Source: Scyliorhinus canicula (taxonomy: Eukaryota). From it: a stretch of DNA of 64,000 nt. The DNA lies in contig NC_052158.1 in the NCBI RefSeq assembly GCF_902713615.1, positions 39,113,729 through 39,177,728 on the forward strand, in the 5' to 3' direction. The notes below the pieces were generated by a model. That model was not told the origin of the DNA, made no database searches, and saw only the letters and a list, made by a program, of their open reading frames with translations. The position numbers were made by a program, and so were the translations under genes. Of this stretch, positions 49,353 through 61,289 are shown in pieces. How positions within the stretch are numbered: position 1 is the stretch's first letter; each line of letters begins with the position of its first letter.

Positions 49353-50209
49353 TGTCATGTGAGAGTACCTTTAAGAAATGGATGGTTAACCAATGTACCT
49401 TTAAGAAATGGAGCAGCCCATATTCCTGAAGTGATGTCAGAGGGGGGGAGCTGTGCTGAGATCACTTCTGCCTTTTCTGCTTTTTGGTTTCAGTTTGAGA
49501 AAGCAGCTGAAAAGTGCCTGGCTGGTTTACTGTGAGCTGTTTTGAAAGGTGAAAGCCAGTTTTGAGAAAAGAGCTTGGGTGTGTCTGTGTTTGCAGTGAG
49601 CTGGATCTGCTGTGATCTCTGCCAGGAAAGAATATCTCTGAATCATTTGGGGGGATTTAAGCTCATAATAATAATGTCTTTAACCTGATGTGTTTCTGTT
49701 TAAAGGTGTTAAGTCTTTTGGAGGTTTGAAGGAACATTTTGAGGAATTATTTAGTGTTGTATTATTTTAAGTAAGGGATGTTAAGGGATCCAATGTTTAT
49801 TTAAGAAGGTTAAGTTGAGGGCAGCACGGTGGCCTAGTGGTTAGCACAACCGCCTCACGGCACTGAGGTCCCAGGTTCGATCCCGGCTCTGGGTCACTGT
49901 CAGTGTGGAGTTTGCATATTCTCCCCGTGTCTGCGTGGGTTTCGCCGCCACAACCCAAAAATATGCAGAGTAGGTGGATTGGCCACGCTAAATTGCCCCT
50001 TAATTGGAAAAAATAATTGGGTAATCTAAATTTAAAAAAAAAAAGAAGGTTAAGTTGAATTCTTGGAATAAACATTGTTTTGTGTTTAAAAACCCACGTG
50101 TCCATAATTGTACTACCACACCTAGGGGACAAGCCGTGTGCTTCAAACGCAACAATCCATTAAACTCCATGATACATTTTGGGGTTCTGAAAATGGCGCT
50201 CCTGTAACA
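49353..50209 (+). mobile_element. Solo LTR carrying a V-SINE insertion (49819-50042)
   Basis: TGTCA...TAACA ends with a 4-bp TSD CTAC (49349-49352 / 50210-50213). The SINE is flanked by a 16-bp TSD AAGAAGGTTAAGTTGA and has an A-tail. Confidence 0.85.
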
Positions 50210-50802
50210 CTACAGTTCTACTGCATAAGTGATAAAAGGTTAGTATGTGGGTATAGAAAATAATTTAGAAGGCGAATGAAATGCTGTCCTTTATTACGAG
50301 AGGAATTGAACATGGTGATTGAAAACAATCGAACGTAACATAAGGCTGTTACGCTTCAGTTATACAGGGCGTTGGTGAAACCAGTTCCCGAATACTGTGT
50401 GCAGTGTTGGTCTCCTTATTTAAGGAAGAATGTAAATGCGTTGGGGGGGGGGTGCAGAGGATGTTTACTAGATTGATACCTGGAATGAGTGGGTTGCCTT
50501 ATGAGGAAAGGTTGGACAGACCGAGATTGCTTCCACAAGAGTTTAGAAGAGTGAGGGGCAACTTGATTGAAGTAAATAAGATCCTGCACGGTCTCAGCAA
50601 GGTGGAAGTGGAAAGGATGTTTCCTCTTGTGGGTGAGTCCAGAACTAAGGGGCACTATATGAAAATTTGGGGTTCCCCTTTTAGGGAAGAGATGAGGAGA
50701 TTTTTTTTCTCTGAGCGTGTTGTGCGACTTTGGAGCTCTCTGCATCAGAAGGCGTTGGAGACAGAGTCACTGAATATTAAAGTCCAACAGGTTTGTTTCA
50801 AA

Positions 50803-50837
50803 CACGAGCTTTCGGAGCGTAGCTCCTTCCTCAGGTG
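50803..50837 (-). ncRNA. Minimal hammerhead ribozyme within an inverted PLE pseudo-LTR pair (50778-50958)
   Basis: The reverse complement reads CAC-CTGAGGA-A-GGAGC(TAC)GCTCC-GAAA-GC-TC-GTG. The opposite-strand copy at 50845-50877 lacks C3. Confidence 0.75.
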
Positions 50838-52188
50838 AATTGACATGAGGAAGGAGCATTGCTCCGAAAGCTCGTGTTTGAAACAAATCTGTTGGACTTT
50901 AACCTGGTGTTGTAAGACTTCTTACTGTGCTCACCCCAGTCCAACGCCGGCATCTCCACTGAATATTAAGGTGGAGGTCGATAGATTCTCATTAGGCAAG
51001 GGAATGAAAGGTTATTGGGTGCAGATGGGAATGTGGAACTCCAAACATAAACAGGATCTTATTGACTGGCGGAGAAGGTTTGAGGGGCTGAATGACCTAT
51101 TTTTGCTCCTATTTCATATGTCAGAGTTTGTTAATATCAATTGTAGGTTAATGGAAGCAGAAGATGGGTATTGATTGTCTTCCGGCCCATATAAAAAGGC
51201 TCATTCAGTGACTGTGGGCACCATGGGGGCTGGAGTGCAGCTTTAGCCCCGGGTAACAAAGTTTTAATTTAATTTTGCAAGTTACCGTCAAAGTTTTGGC
51301 ACAGGACCCCACCAGGATTCTGGCCTTGGGTGACTGTGTGGAGTTTGCACGCTCTCCCCGTGTCTGCATAGGTTTCCTCCGGGTGCTCCGGTTTCCTCCC
51401 ACAGGCCAAAGATGTGCAGGTTTGGTGGATTGGCCATGATAAACTGTCCCTTAGTGTCCAAACATTAGGTGGGATTACAGGACATGGGCAGGGGATTGGA
51501 TCCAGGGAGGGTGCTCTTGCAGAGGGTCAGTGTGCATTCGATGGGCTGAATGGCCTCCTTCTGGACTGTAGGGATTCCATGGTTGTGTATTTTTGTCCAC
51601 CTTTCCTAAAGTGTGGCACCTGAAGCTGAACCATTGGTCTATAAAGCCCGCTCGACAATGCCTAGAGTTTATACTCTATGCCTCTATTTATAAACTAAAG
51701 TAACCCATCTGCTTTAATAAGAGTGCAACAAATAAGAGTAGGAATGGACCACAAGGCTAATTGAGCCCGATCGACCAGTCTATACAATCAGGGCTGTACA
51801 TGTGGCCTTCAACTCCATATTCCCCCTCTTCTCCCCATTATCCCTATCCCTTTATTCCCGGAGAGATCAAAAAATCTCTCAATATCAACCCTGAATGTAG
51901 TCAATGATGGGGCACCTATCACCATTTGTGGTAGAGAAATGCAAAGATACGCCATCACCTTTTGAGTGAAGACATTTCTCATTTCAATCCTTTAAAAAAA
52001 ATTTTAGAGTGCCCAATTGATTTTTTTTCTATGAAGGGGTAACCCTGCACATCTTTGGGTTTAGGGGGCGAAACCCACGCAAATATGGGGAGAATGTGCA
52101 AACGCCACACGTACAGTGACCCAGGGCTGGATTCGAACCCGGGTCCTCAGCGCCGTTGTCCCAGTGCTAACCACTACGTCACATGCCG

Positions 52189-53102
52189 CACTCAGAGGGT
52201 CAGTACTGAGTGAGCACAGCACTGTCAGAGGATCAGTACTGAGGGTGCACTGCACTGTTAGATGGTCAGTACTGAGGGAGTGCTGCACTGTCAGAGGGTC
52301 AGTACTGAGGGATTGCTGCACTGTCAGAGGGTCAGTACTGAGGGTGCACTGCACTGTTAGAGGGTCAGTACTGAGGGATTGCTGCACTGTCAGAGGGTCA
52401 GTACTGAGGGAGTGCTGCACTGTCAGAGGGTCAGTACTGAGGGATTGCTGCACTGTCAGAGGGTCAGTACTGAGGGAGTGCTGCACTGTCACAGGGTCAG
52501 TACTGAGGGAGTGCTGCACTGTCAGAGGATCAGTACTGAGGGAGTGCTGCACTGTCAGAGGGTCAGTACTGAGGGTGCACTGCACTGTTAGAGGGTCAGT
52601 ACTGAGGGTGCTGCACTGTCAGAGGGTCAGTACTGAGGGAGTGCTGCACTGTCAGAGGGTGAGTACTGAGTGAGCACTGCACTGTCAGAGGGTGAGTACT
52701 GAGGGAGTGCTGCACTGTCAGAGGGTCAGTTCTGAGGGAGTGCTGCACTGTCAGAGGGTCAGTACTGAGGGAGCACTACACTGTTAGAGGGTCAGTACTG
52801 AGGGAGCACTACACTGTCAGAGGGTGAGTACTGAGGGAGTGCTGCACTGTCAGAGGGTCTGTACTGAGGGAGTGCTGCACTGTCAGAGGGTCAGTACTGA
52901 GGGAGTGCTGCACTGTCAGAGGGTCAGTACTGAGGGAGCACTACACTGTTAGAGGGTCAGTACTGAGGGAGCACTACACTGTCAGAGGGTCAGTACTGAG
53001 GGAGTGCTGCACTGTCAGAGGGTCAGTACTGAGGGAGTACTGCACTGTCAGAGGGTCAGTACTGAGGGAGTGCTGCACTGTCAGAGGGTGAGTACTGAGG
53101 GA
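52189..53102. repeat. Tandem array of about 27-28 x 33 bp (ACTGTCAGAGGGTCAGTACTGAGGGAGTGCTGC)
   Basis: Clear 33-bp period with point variants, adjacent to a V-SINE at about 52000-52185. Confidence 0.95.
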
Positions 53103-53909
53103 CATGTTGTGCCACCTTTCTCAGGATTCGACGATATGGTTGCCAAAGGGTGGGATTTTACAGCGCTTTCCGCCGACAGCGTCTTCCAGTCCCACCAAAA
53201 GCAGTCCCACCCCCATCTCACATGGGCTGAGCCACGCAAAATGGCGGAGACACCGGCGATCCCGTCAGTGGCCAATCGCGAGCTGCGTCTGGCTTTGATA
53301 AACACGCCATGGGGGGGGGTGGAATATCACACCCCAAGTTCTCACTTTTCAAAATGGTGGTTGTTCATCGTACTCTTTTCCCATATTAATCTTCCAAAAG
53401 TGCATCACTTCACACTTCTCCACGTTAAACTCCATTTGCTGTGCTTTTGTCCTTTTCACCATCCTGTCCATGTGACTCTGAACCCTATAACTGCTCCCAT
53501 CACCATCGACTACTTTGCCAAGTCTGCATAGTGGATAATGCTGCTTCCTCCTCCTGGGCCTAGTTTGGTGATGTGACAATTGAAAAGATCAATGAGCCCA
53601 TTTGCAGGAAGGGTATCTCCGAAGGTCGGGTGCTCAAAACTAGGGGTCACAATCTGAGGATGAGATCGGACCATTTAGGACAGAGATGAGGAGAAATTTC
53701 TTCACCCAGACTCAGTGGTGAGTCTGTGGAGTTTGTTACCGCAGTAAGTAGTTGAGGCCAAAACTGTTTGTTTTCAACAGAAGCAGTTAGATATAGCACT
53801 TGGGGCGAATGGGATCAAACGGTATGGGGAGGGGGAGGCCGGATTAGGCTATTGAGATGGATGATGAGTCATGATCATATTGAATGGCGGAGCAGGTCGG
53901 AGGGCCGAA

Positions 53910-54105
53910 TGGCTGGTTTAGCTCACTGAGCTAAATCGCTGGCTTTTAAAGCAGACCAAGCAGGCCAGCAGCCTGCACGGTTCGATTCCCGTACCAGCCT
54001 CCCCGGACAGGCGCCGGAATGTGGCGACTAGGGGCTTTTCACAGTAACTTCATTGAAGCCTACTCGTGACAATAAGCGATTTTCATTTTCATTTTTTTCA
54101 TTTCC
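53910..54105 (+). mobile_element. Second-family SINE with (ATTTTC)n tail
   Basis: Head GGCTGGTTTAGCTCACTGAGCTAA, B-box GGTTCGATTCCC, tail GTGACAATAAGCGATTTTCATTTTCATTT. Fragments recur at about 11170, 23905, 25250, 40550-40745 and 56180-56300. Confidence 0.75.
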
Positions 54106-54482
54106 TTCCTCTATTTCACCGTTTCTGTGAATTCAGTCAAGTTAGTTTGAAAGGATTTGCCTGTCAGATCTGTGGTGGCTCTGATTGAGTGTCTTTAAAA
54201 CTGAGCGAGACCCAGACTGGCGGGTAAGTGTTTTACCCCCAACCCCACCACGCTTGGCATGCTTATAGGTGAAGTTCAGTTGGCCAACGCTTATAGTGTG
54301 ACCTCTCCTCACACTCTCTTTTGTTTAACCAAACTCTATCCCTCCCACTAACACCATCACCTCCGCTAACCGGTGGCTGTCTCCCCCCCCCCCCACCCGC
54401 CCCCCCAAATACCAAATAGCTGGCACAGGTATGTAGTCCCAAATGGCCACCCTCTGTGCTCTATCATTCTCTGGTAACTTAC

Positions 54483-54758
54483 CTGCCTCCACACTCAGTG
54501 TCTTGGACAGGCTACTGTGATGAACCTGACATGTATAGCTCCATGGGTCATTGTCCTCGAGTTTCACGAGAATCTCCATTCTGTACGTGTCATCATGGTT
54601 TGGCACCACTGTCACCGTAAGGTCGTCCGGCACGGGCTCTCCATTCTGCAGCCACGTGGCATTGATGGCACGGGGGTAGAAGGGAGTGACGAGGCACAGG
54701 AGAGTCATGGGCACCTCGTCACTGGAGATGTTTTTGAAAACCAGCACTTCAGGGGCAA
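54483..54758 (-). CDS. MHC class I-like alpha3 (Ig C1-set) exon
   Basis: 276-nt exon, phase 1-1, acceptor TTCTTCCTCAG|, donor CAG|GTAAGT. Reads APEVLVF...LLCLVTPFYPRAINATWLQNG...VPNHDDTY...YTCQVHHSSL with no stops. Confidence 0.93.
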
Positions 54759-54894
54759 CTGAGGAAGAACAAAAATATTAGAGGTACTATATCAAGGAAC
54801 TTAATTCACCCCACAGATTACATTCAGAATCCTGATCCGGGTCGCACTCGGAATCCAGATCACATTATGAATCTAACTGTAATATTCCACTTGC

Positions 54895-55164
54895 CTTTTC
54901 TTTCCAGAGCTGCTTTACCAGCTCGAAGAGTTCTCTGCATATTTTGAATACAGCTGTTGTTTAGTGCCCGGAACAAATCGATATGGGTGTCGAGTATATT
55001 TTGAAATTTGTCTTTTATCAAGTTCAATGCTCCTGTCGCGCTGCAATGCAGTGTGGCCATTTGACAATGAATCTCTCCATAGACACTGTAGATCTTTACC
55101 AAGTCGATGGTGCTCATGTTATTTTGTAGAGTGCAGCTCCAGAGCCCCTGGATGTACTTGACAT
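54895..55164 (-). CDS. MHC class I-like alpha2 exon (highly divergent, non-classical)
   Basis: 270-nt exon, phase 1-1, acceptor TTTTTTGCAG|, donor AAG|GCAAGT. Cys101 and Cys164 equivalents present (LWSC, NSCIQ), Q96 and G120 kept, and it ends GKAALERK like class I alpha2. Confidence 0.85.
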
Positions 55165-55377
55165 CTGCAAAAAATGAATCGGTCAACCAGGCATTACTAG
55201 CTGAATTCTTAATGCATCTCCCTGTTGGGTAAAGCATACGCGCACTCTGCCCAAAACAGTCCCACCTGACATTTTAAATCATTTCTCTAGGTTGAGAGCG
55301 GTTCTGTTCCTCAATCTGCCGTCATCACCCTGACCCTCCACAAACCAACTATCGAAGCCACTATTCTTGCACACCAT

Positions 55378-56023
55378 GGCCGGGATTTCGGAGATGTGTT
55401 GATGCCAGCATAAACACCGGAGTGGTGCACGGCGAAGTTGACGGGCCTACTGGCCCAGTGATTCAGCATCCCTCAGGAGGCCAGCACGGTGCCGGAGCGC
55501 TGCGCGCTGCTCCAGCATTGAAAGGCGGCCCTGCACTGCCAGCGCGGGTCTGCGCATGCACGCGGCAGCCGTCTCCACGCCGGCGCCGAGCAATGTGGCA
55601 GAGCCCTACAGCGGGCCCGCACTGAAGGAGGTAAGCCCTCTCCAGATCGCGGGCGCCCGCCCATCGGTAGCCCCCGATCGCGGGCCTGGTCGCCGTGGAG
55701 CCTCCCCCGGAGTCAGATTCCCCCGCATACCCCCCCCCAAACAGGATGGCTACTGCGGCTGCAGGTCCGAGCTCTCGCCGGGTGGTACCAGGTTGGAACC
55801 ATGCCAGCGAGACTCGTCGGAACTCGGCTGGAATTTGGCCGGTCGACTGCGGAGAATCACTGCGGGGCCTCTTTCAGTGACCCCCGACTGGCAGTGCGCC
55901 GACCACGCGGGCGCGATTGGTGGTGACCAGAGAATCACTTCCTGCTGTCGGAGCGGCCTATCGTGGATTTTGGGCGGGAACGGCAATTCTACGACCCGGC
56001 GCGTGCTCGGAGAATCCCGTCCC
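55378..56023. mobile_element. GC-rich TIR element (MITE-like)
   Basis: GGCCGGGATTTC ... GGAGAATCCCGTCCC; homologous to 12770-13364. Confidence 0.75.
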
Positions 56024-56347
56024 ATGTCTCATCTGCAACTCCCTTTTCTTTGAAAGTGTGACCCTCGCCAAAATCATTTCCATCTTTCCACACTTCAATA
56101 GGAACAGAGGGGCAGGAGTCGGCCATTCTGCTCTCGGAGTCTGATCTTCCATTTCATATGATCATGGCTGATATGGTTATAATAATAATCTGTATTATTG
56201 TCACAAGTAGGCTTACATTAATACTGCAATGAAGTTACTGTGAAAAGCCCCCAGTTGCTTTTTTGAAGCCTACTTGTGACAATAAGCGATTTTCATTTCA
56301 TTAATTTTCAAGTCATTAGGAGACAAATCAAATGTTGGCATTGATTG

Positions 56348-59300
56348 TGTAATGAACTCCAACTGGCTTTATTGGTTGGCCAATTGGAATATGAGCTCCC
56401 TCAATGATAGCTCATTGAGGGGGCCCATATAATCATCTGTGTAGGCTTTGTGAGCCAGTCTTACGTTGACTGGACTGCTAGCAGCACTGTTTGTTGCTGC
56501 TCCTGTAATATCGTTATTGTAAATAAATATTGGTGTGGTGACGGAACTCCTGCCTCCCGTGGATTATTACAGTGGTGACGAGGTAAACTAAGAATTTTGC
56601 GGAGACCAGCTGCCGCACTCGGAGGGTAAGCCTTGCCATTTTAAAAATGCCATTTTTTGGAAGGTTAGAGGCATTCGACCCGGCTATTGAGGACTGGTCC
56701 CAGAATGTGGAGAGAATGTGTTACTTCTTCCGGGCAAATGATATACTGACGGACGAAAGGAGACGGCTTATCCTGCTGTCGGCGTGCGGACCCTCCGGAC
56801 ACGAAAACTTTCCAAGAAGTAACGGAATTGGTGAAAGAGCACTACGACCCAAAACCACCCCTCATTTTGCGTAGGTACAGATTCTACACAGCGAAGCGGG
56901 AAGACAGGGAGTCAGTCACGAATTTCTTGACCCGCCTGAGAATGCTGGCGGAAAAATGTGAGTTCGGCCCGACGCTAAATGAAATGCTTCGGGACCGGTT
57001 AGTGTGTGGTATAAACGACCTCACAATACAGAAACACCTGTTGGCGGAAACAGAGCTAGACTGCAGGCAGGCGTTACAGCTCGCACTGTCCCTAGAAAAG
57101 GCGGCAAGTGGGGCGCAGGAACTACAGGGCACGCCAATGGAGGTAGATACCTGTGAGTGGGACTACCACAACGGGTCCTGCTACCAGATAGCCGCTCTCA
57201 GGAAAAACCTGATGAATAGAGGGAAAAAGGAAAACCCCAGAACTGCCCCCAAGTCTGCCAGGACTAACTGGAGACAGAGGGAAGTACCGGCTGAGGCTCC
57301 CCCAACAGAGAAGGACCGTTTCTGGCAACAGGCAGAGTGCGGTAACAACGACAGAAACCCTAGAAGGAGGTGGCAAAAGAGGAATAGCAGGTGGGGACGC
57401 AGGCAAGTACACAACCTAGACGCCCTATCCTCCTCCGAAGGGGAACAATTATATAATATTGCAACGAAGAAAGCAAAACCCATTAGGATTACCCCACGGG
57501 TGAACGGGCGGCCGACAATAATGGAATTAGACACGGGTGCGGCCGTATCAGTAATGGGAGTGGCAGCATTTAGAAAAATCAAAGATGGACTCCAGCCACT
57601 AACCCTAACAAAAACATTGACGAAACTTAAAACCTACACGGGGGAACCCCTGGAAGTTCTAGGCACGACTCATGTACCTGTGGAATATGAGAAACAATTG
57701 CTCAGATTACCGTTGACGATAGTAGAGGGCTCCGGACCGAGCTTAATTGGACGGAACTGGCTGAAAGACCTAAAATTAGATTGGATGGAAGTTTTCCAGA
57801 GTGGAAGCGGGCAGTTGAGTGGAGTACTCCAAAAATACCCGGAGGTCTTCCAGGAAGGTTTGGGGGAAATCCTAGGCGCCAAAGCAACTTTGCACATGGA
57901 GCCAGAAGCCCTTCCGAAATGTTGTAAGGCCAGGCCAGTACCTTTTGCATTAAGAAAGAAAGTAGATGACGAAATAGAAAGGTTACGGCGCATTATCAGA
58001 CCTGTACAGTTCTCGGAATGGGCAGCGCCAGTGGTACCAATTTTGAAGCTAGACGGCTCGATACGTCTCGGTGGAGATTTCAAACAGACAGTAAACAAAT
58101 ACGCACTGCTGGACAAATACCCAATCCCAAAAATAGACGACCTATATGCAAAATTGGCAGGTGGGCTTTTGTTCACGAAACTAAACATGAGCCACGCCTA
58201 CCTGCAGTTAAAACTGGACAAGGGCTTCCAGAAGTTCGCTACGATCAACACCCTGAAGGGCCTTTTTCGTTACACTAGGCTACCTTTCGGAGTGTCATCA
58301 GCCTGCGCTATATTCCAGCGTACGATGGAAAATATTCTGCATGGACTACCGCAGGTGGCGATTTATTTGGATGATGTCTTAATAACGGGTAGGACGAACA
58401 GGGAACACTTAAGGAACCTGGAGGAAGTGCTCAGGCATTTCGCAAAGGCAGGCGTACGGCTAAAAAGGGAAAAATGTGTTTTTCTGGCCCCACAAGTGAT
58501 GTACCTGGGATATAAAGTAGACAAGTCAGGCTTACACCGATTGGAAGACCGAGTGAGGGCAATAAAAGAAGCCCCAGCTCCCATCACGTACCAGGAGTTA
58601 CGATCGTTTCTAGGATTGGTAACCTATTATGGAAAATTTATTGAAAATAGGGCGTCCATCCTAGAACCCCTCCACCAGCTGCTAAAAAAGGGGCAAGAAT
58701 GGAAATGGTCCTGCCGCCAAAACCGAGCATTTAGGGACATTAAGGAACAGCTGTCATCCGAAAATGTCCTAGAGCATTATGACCCAAGGAAGGAGTTGGT
58801 GGTCACTTGTGATGCATCCCCCTATAGGGTAGGAGCCATCTTAGCCCATAGGGGAAGGCATGGGGAAGAACGGCCAATAGCCTATGCTTCGAGGACCTTG
58901 GTGATGGCTGAGAAGAAGTACGCCCAAATCGAGAAGGAAGGACTGGCGGTGATATTCGCAGTAAAAAAATTTCACCAGTATCTGTACGGGCGGAAATTCA
59001 CCATAGCGACGGACCATAAACCGTTATTAGGGTTATTAAAAGAAGACAAGTCAATACCCCCGATTGCATCAGCTAGAATCCAACGCTGGGCGTTGCTACT
59101 GGCGGCATATAGATACATTCTGGAGCACAGACCGGGAACGAGAGTAGCAAATGCAGATGCTTTGAGCAGACTTCCCCTCCCGGACACTCCGCCGCAAATA
59201 CCAAAAGTAGAGGAGACAGTAATGACTCTAAATTTTTTGGACACCCTACCAGTAGACGCACAACATATTCGGTTGTGGACGCAAAAAGACCCAGTTTTAG

Positions 59301-60914
59301 CCAAGATGAAGCATTTATTGCTAACAGGGGAACTGGAAAGACCAGTGGAGCGCCAGATGCACCCATACTGGAGCAGAAGGGACCAAATAACCGTAGAAGA
59401 CGATATCCTATTATGGGGAGCCCGGGTAATCGTCCCAGCTCAGGCAATCTTAATCGAGTTACATCACGGACACCCAGGGGTGTCTAAAATGAAGATGCTA
59501 GCTCGAAGCTACGTTTGGTGGCCAGGTTTGGACACCGACATAGCAGCCTTGGTACGTCGGTGCCAGGAGTGCCAACAGGGGCAAAGAGTGCCACCAGCGG
59601 CGCCATTGCACCCGTGGGAATGGCCAGGCATATTGCGCCCGTGGGAATGGACCCGCCTGCATATTGACCACGCCGGCCCTTTCATGGGCTCAATGTTTTT
59701 GGTGATAGTGGACGCCCACTCCAAATGGTTGGACGTCCACCGGGTAAACACGGCAAGCACAGCATCGACAATTAAAAACGAGGCGTTTGCAACACATGGA
59801 CTTCCGGAGGTATTGGTGTCGGATAACGGAACGGCATTCACAAGTGGGGAATTTGGAAAATTCCGGAAGGAAAACGGAGTCCGTCACATCAAAACGGCCC
59901 TCTACCATCCAGCGACCAACGGCCTGGCAGAGAGAGCGGTCCAGACACTTAAAGCAGGACTCAAGGAGCAGCCGGCAGCGTCAATGGACATAAAGCTCTC
60001 CCGCTGGCTGTTTGATTACAGGACCACACCGCATTCTACAACGGGCATACCGCCAGCTGAACTCTTAATGAGAAGGCGGCTGCGAACGAGGCTGAGTCTC
60101 CTTTTCCCAAATTTAACGGGGAAAGTGGAGAAACAACAGGAGGCCCAACGCAGGGGGCATGATAATAGTCGGCAGCAGAGGCATTTCCAGGTGGGGGCAC
60201 CGGTTTGGGTCAAGAATTATGGGAATGGACCAACGTGGGCCAAAGGCATGGTAGAGTCCCAAACAGGGCCCATATCCTATGAGGTTTCAATAGGAGGTAA
60301 GGTGCTGAAGAAACACCTAGACCAAATAAGGGCAGCGGAACCACACCTGGAGGCAGGCGAAGCAGGACCACCTCAAGCTGGGATAGCCCAGACGGAAAGG
60401 ATACCCACACCCCAGCCCCGAGCAATTTCTCCAGACCTCGTCATCCAGTCGTCAGAGTCGGAGATGGACACACTCGACGAGGCCGCCGCGACACCTCTCC
60501 CCGAGGAGGAGGAAGAACAACTTCCAAGGGGGTCGTCAAGGAAAAGACGGGCACCTATAAGGTACACCCCGCCCACTTCGGAGAACGACCCGGCGGACGA
60601 CACAGAGGTGACAGACCCAGACATGAGGAGCAGGAAGAAGCTCAGAGGAATCCCAGCTGGCAGGAATTCCTCGGACCTTGGGGGGTAGGGGTGTAATGAA
60701 CTCCAATTAGCTTTATTGGTTGGCCAATTGGAGTATGAGTTCCCTCAATGATAGCTCATTGAGGGGGCCCATATAATCACCTGTGTAGACTTTGTGAGCA
60801 GTCTTAAGTTGACTGGACTGCGAGCAGCACTGTTTGTAGCTGCTCCTGTAATATTGCTATTGTAAATAAATATTGGTGTGGTGACGGAACTCCTGCCTCC
60901 CGTGGATTATTACA
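56348..60914 (+). mobile_element. Full-length Ty3/Gypsy LTR retrotransposon (Gypsy B, Mag-like)
   Basis: LTRs at 56348-56571 and 60692-60914 (about 11 substitutions plus 1 indel by eye), 5-bp TSD GATTG. PBS TGGTGACGAGG (tRNA-Ser(GCU)-like) at 56573; PPT GGGGGGTAGGGG at 60680-60691. Confidence 0.96.
56647..60688 (+). pseudogene. Gypsy B gag-pol: one frameshift/deletion near 56790-56830, then a 1286-codon open frame
   Basis: Motifs: protease LDTGA, RT YLDD (first Asp replaced in KLNMSHAY, 58184-58186), RNase H CDAS/EKE/TDH, integrase HHCC and HIDHAG/SDNG/AERAVQ. Confidence 0.9.
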
Positions 60915-61289
60915 GATTGTAAGAGGAATGGACTGTAAAATTAGGGAAGTTTCAATGCAGCTGGACGCAGGCTGAGGTGAGACCATATCCGGAGTACTGT
61001 GCCGAATTTTAGTTTCCTTATTTAAAATAAAATTATATCATTGCTAGCCGTGCCTGGAAACAGCTTTGTGATTCATGTATCAGCTCACTCAGACCCTTCA
61101 GAGTTCTGCAATCTTTCCAATTGAAATTATATGCTGCTTCTCTATATATCCTTCTAAAGTGAACAAGATCACATTATCCCGCATTATCCTCCATCTGCCT
61201 TATTTTTGCCCACTCACTTAACCTGTCCCGTATGCCTTGACAGATTCTCTACCTCCTCTTGATAGCTGATGTTCCTACCTACTTTTTAA

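Larger units (their letters stand above)
48866..51130 (+). mobile_element. Degraded CR1 RT/3' fragment interrupted by a solo LTR, a TIR fragment and a PLE piece
   Basis: GPQPFAIYINDLDEG..KFADGTK at 48880, YCVQCWSPYLRK at about 50395 and a CR1-type 3' end at about 51100. Confidence 0.7.

Noticed and set aside
52061-53100. Cys/His-rich repetitive ORFs
   Set aside because: These are translations of the 33-bp tandem repeat in several frames, with no splice or start context.
28487-55164. Chimeric MHC class I-TM-B30.2 (butyrophilin-like) gene, suggested by exon order on one strand
   Set aside because: The MHC-like gene has its own terminal exon and AATAAA at 46668-46484. The TM exon ends in phase 0 while the B30.2 exon starts in phase 1, no convincing linker exons were found, and the B30.2 exon is disrupted.
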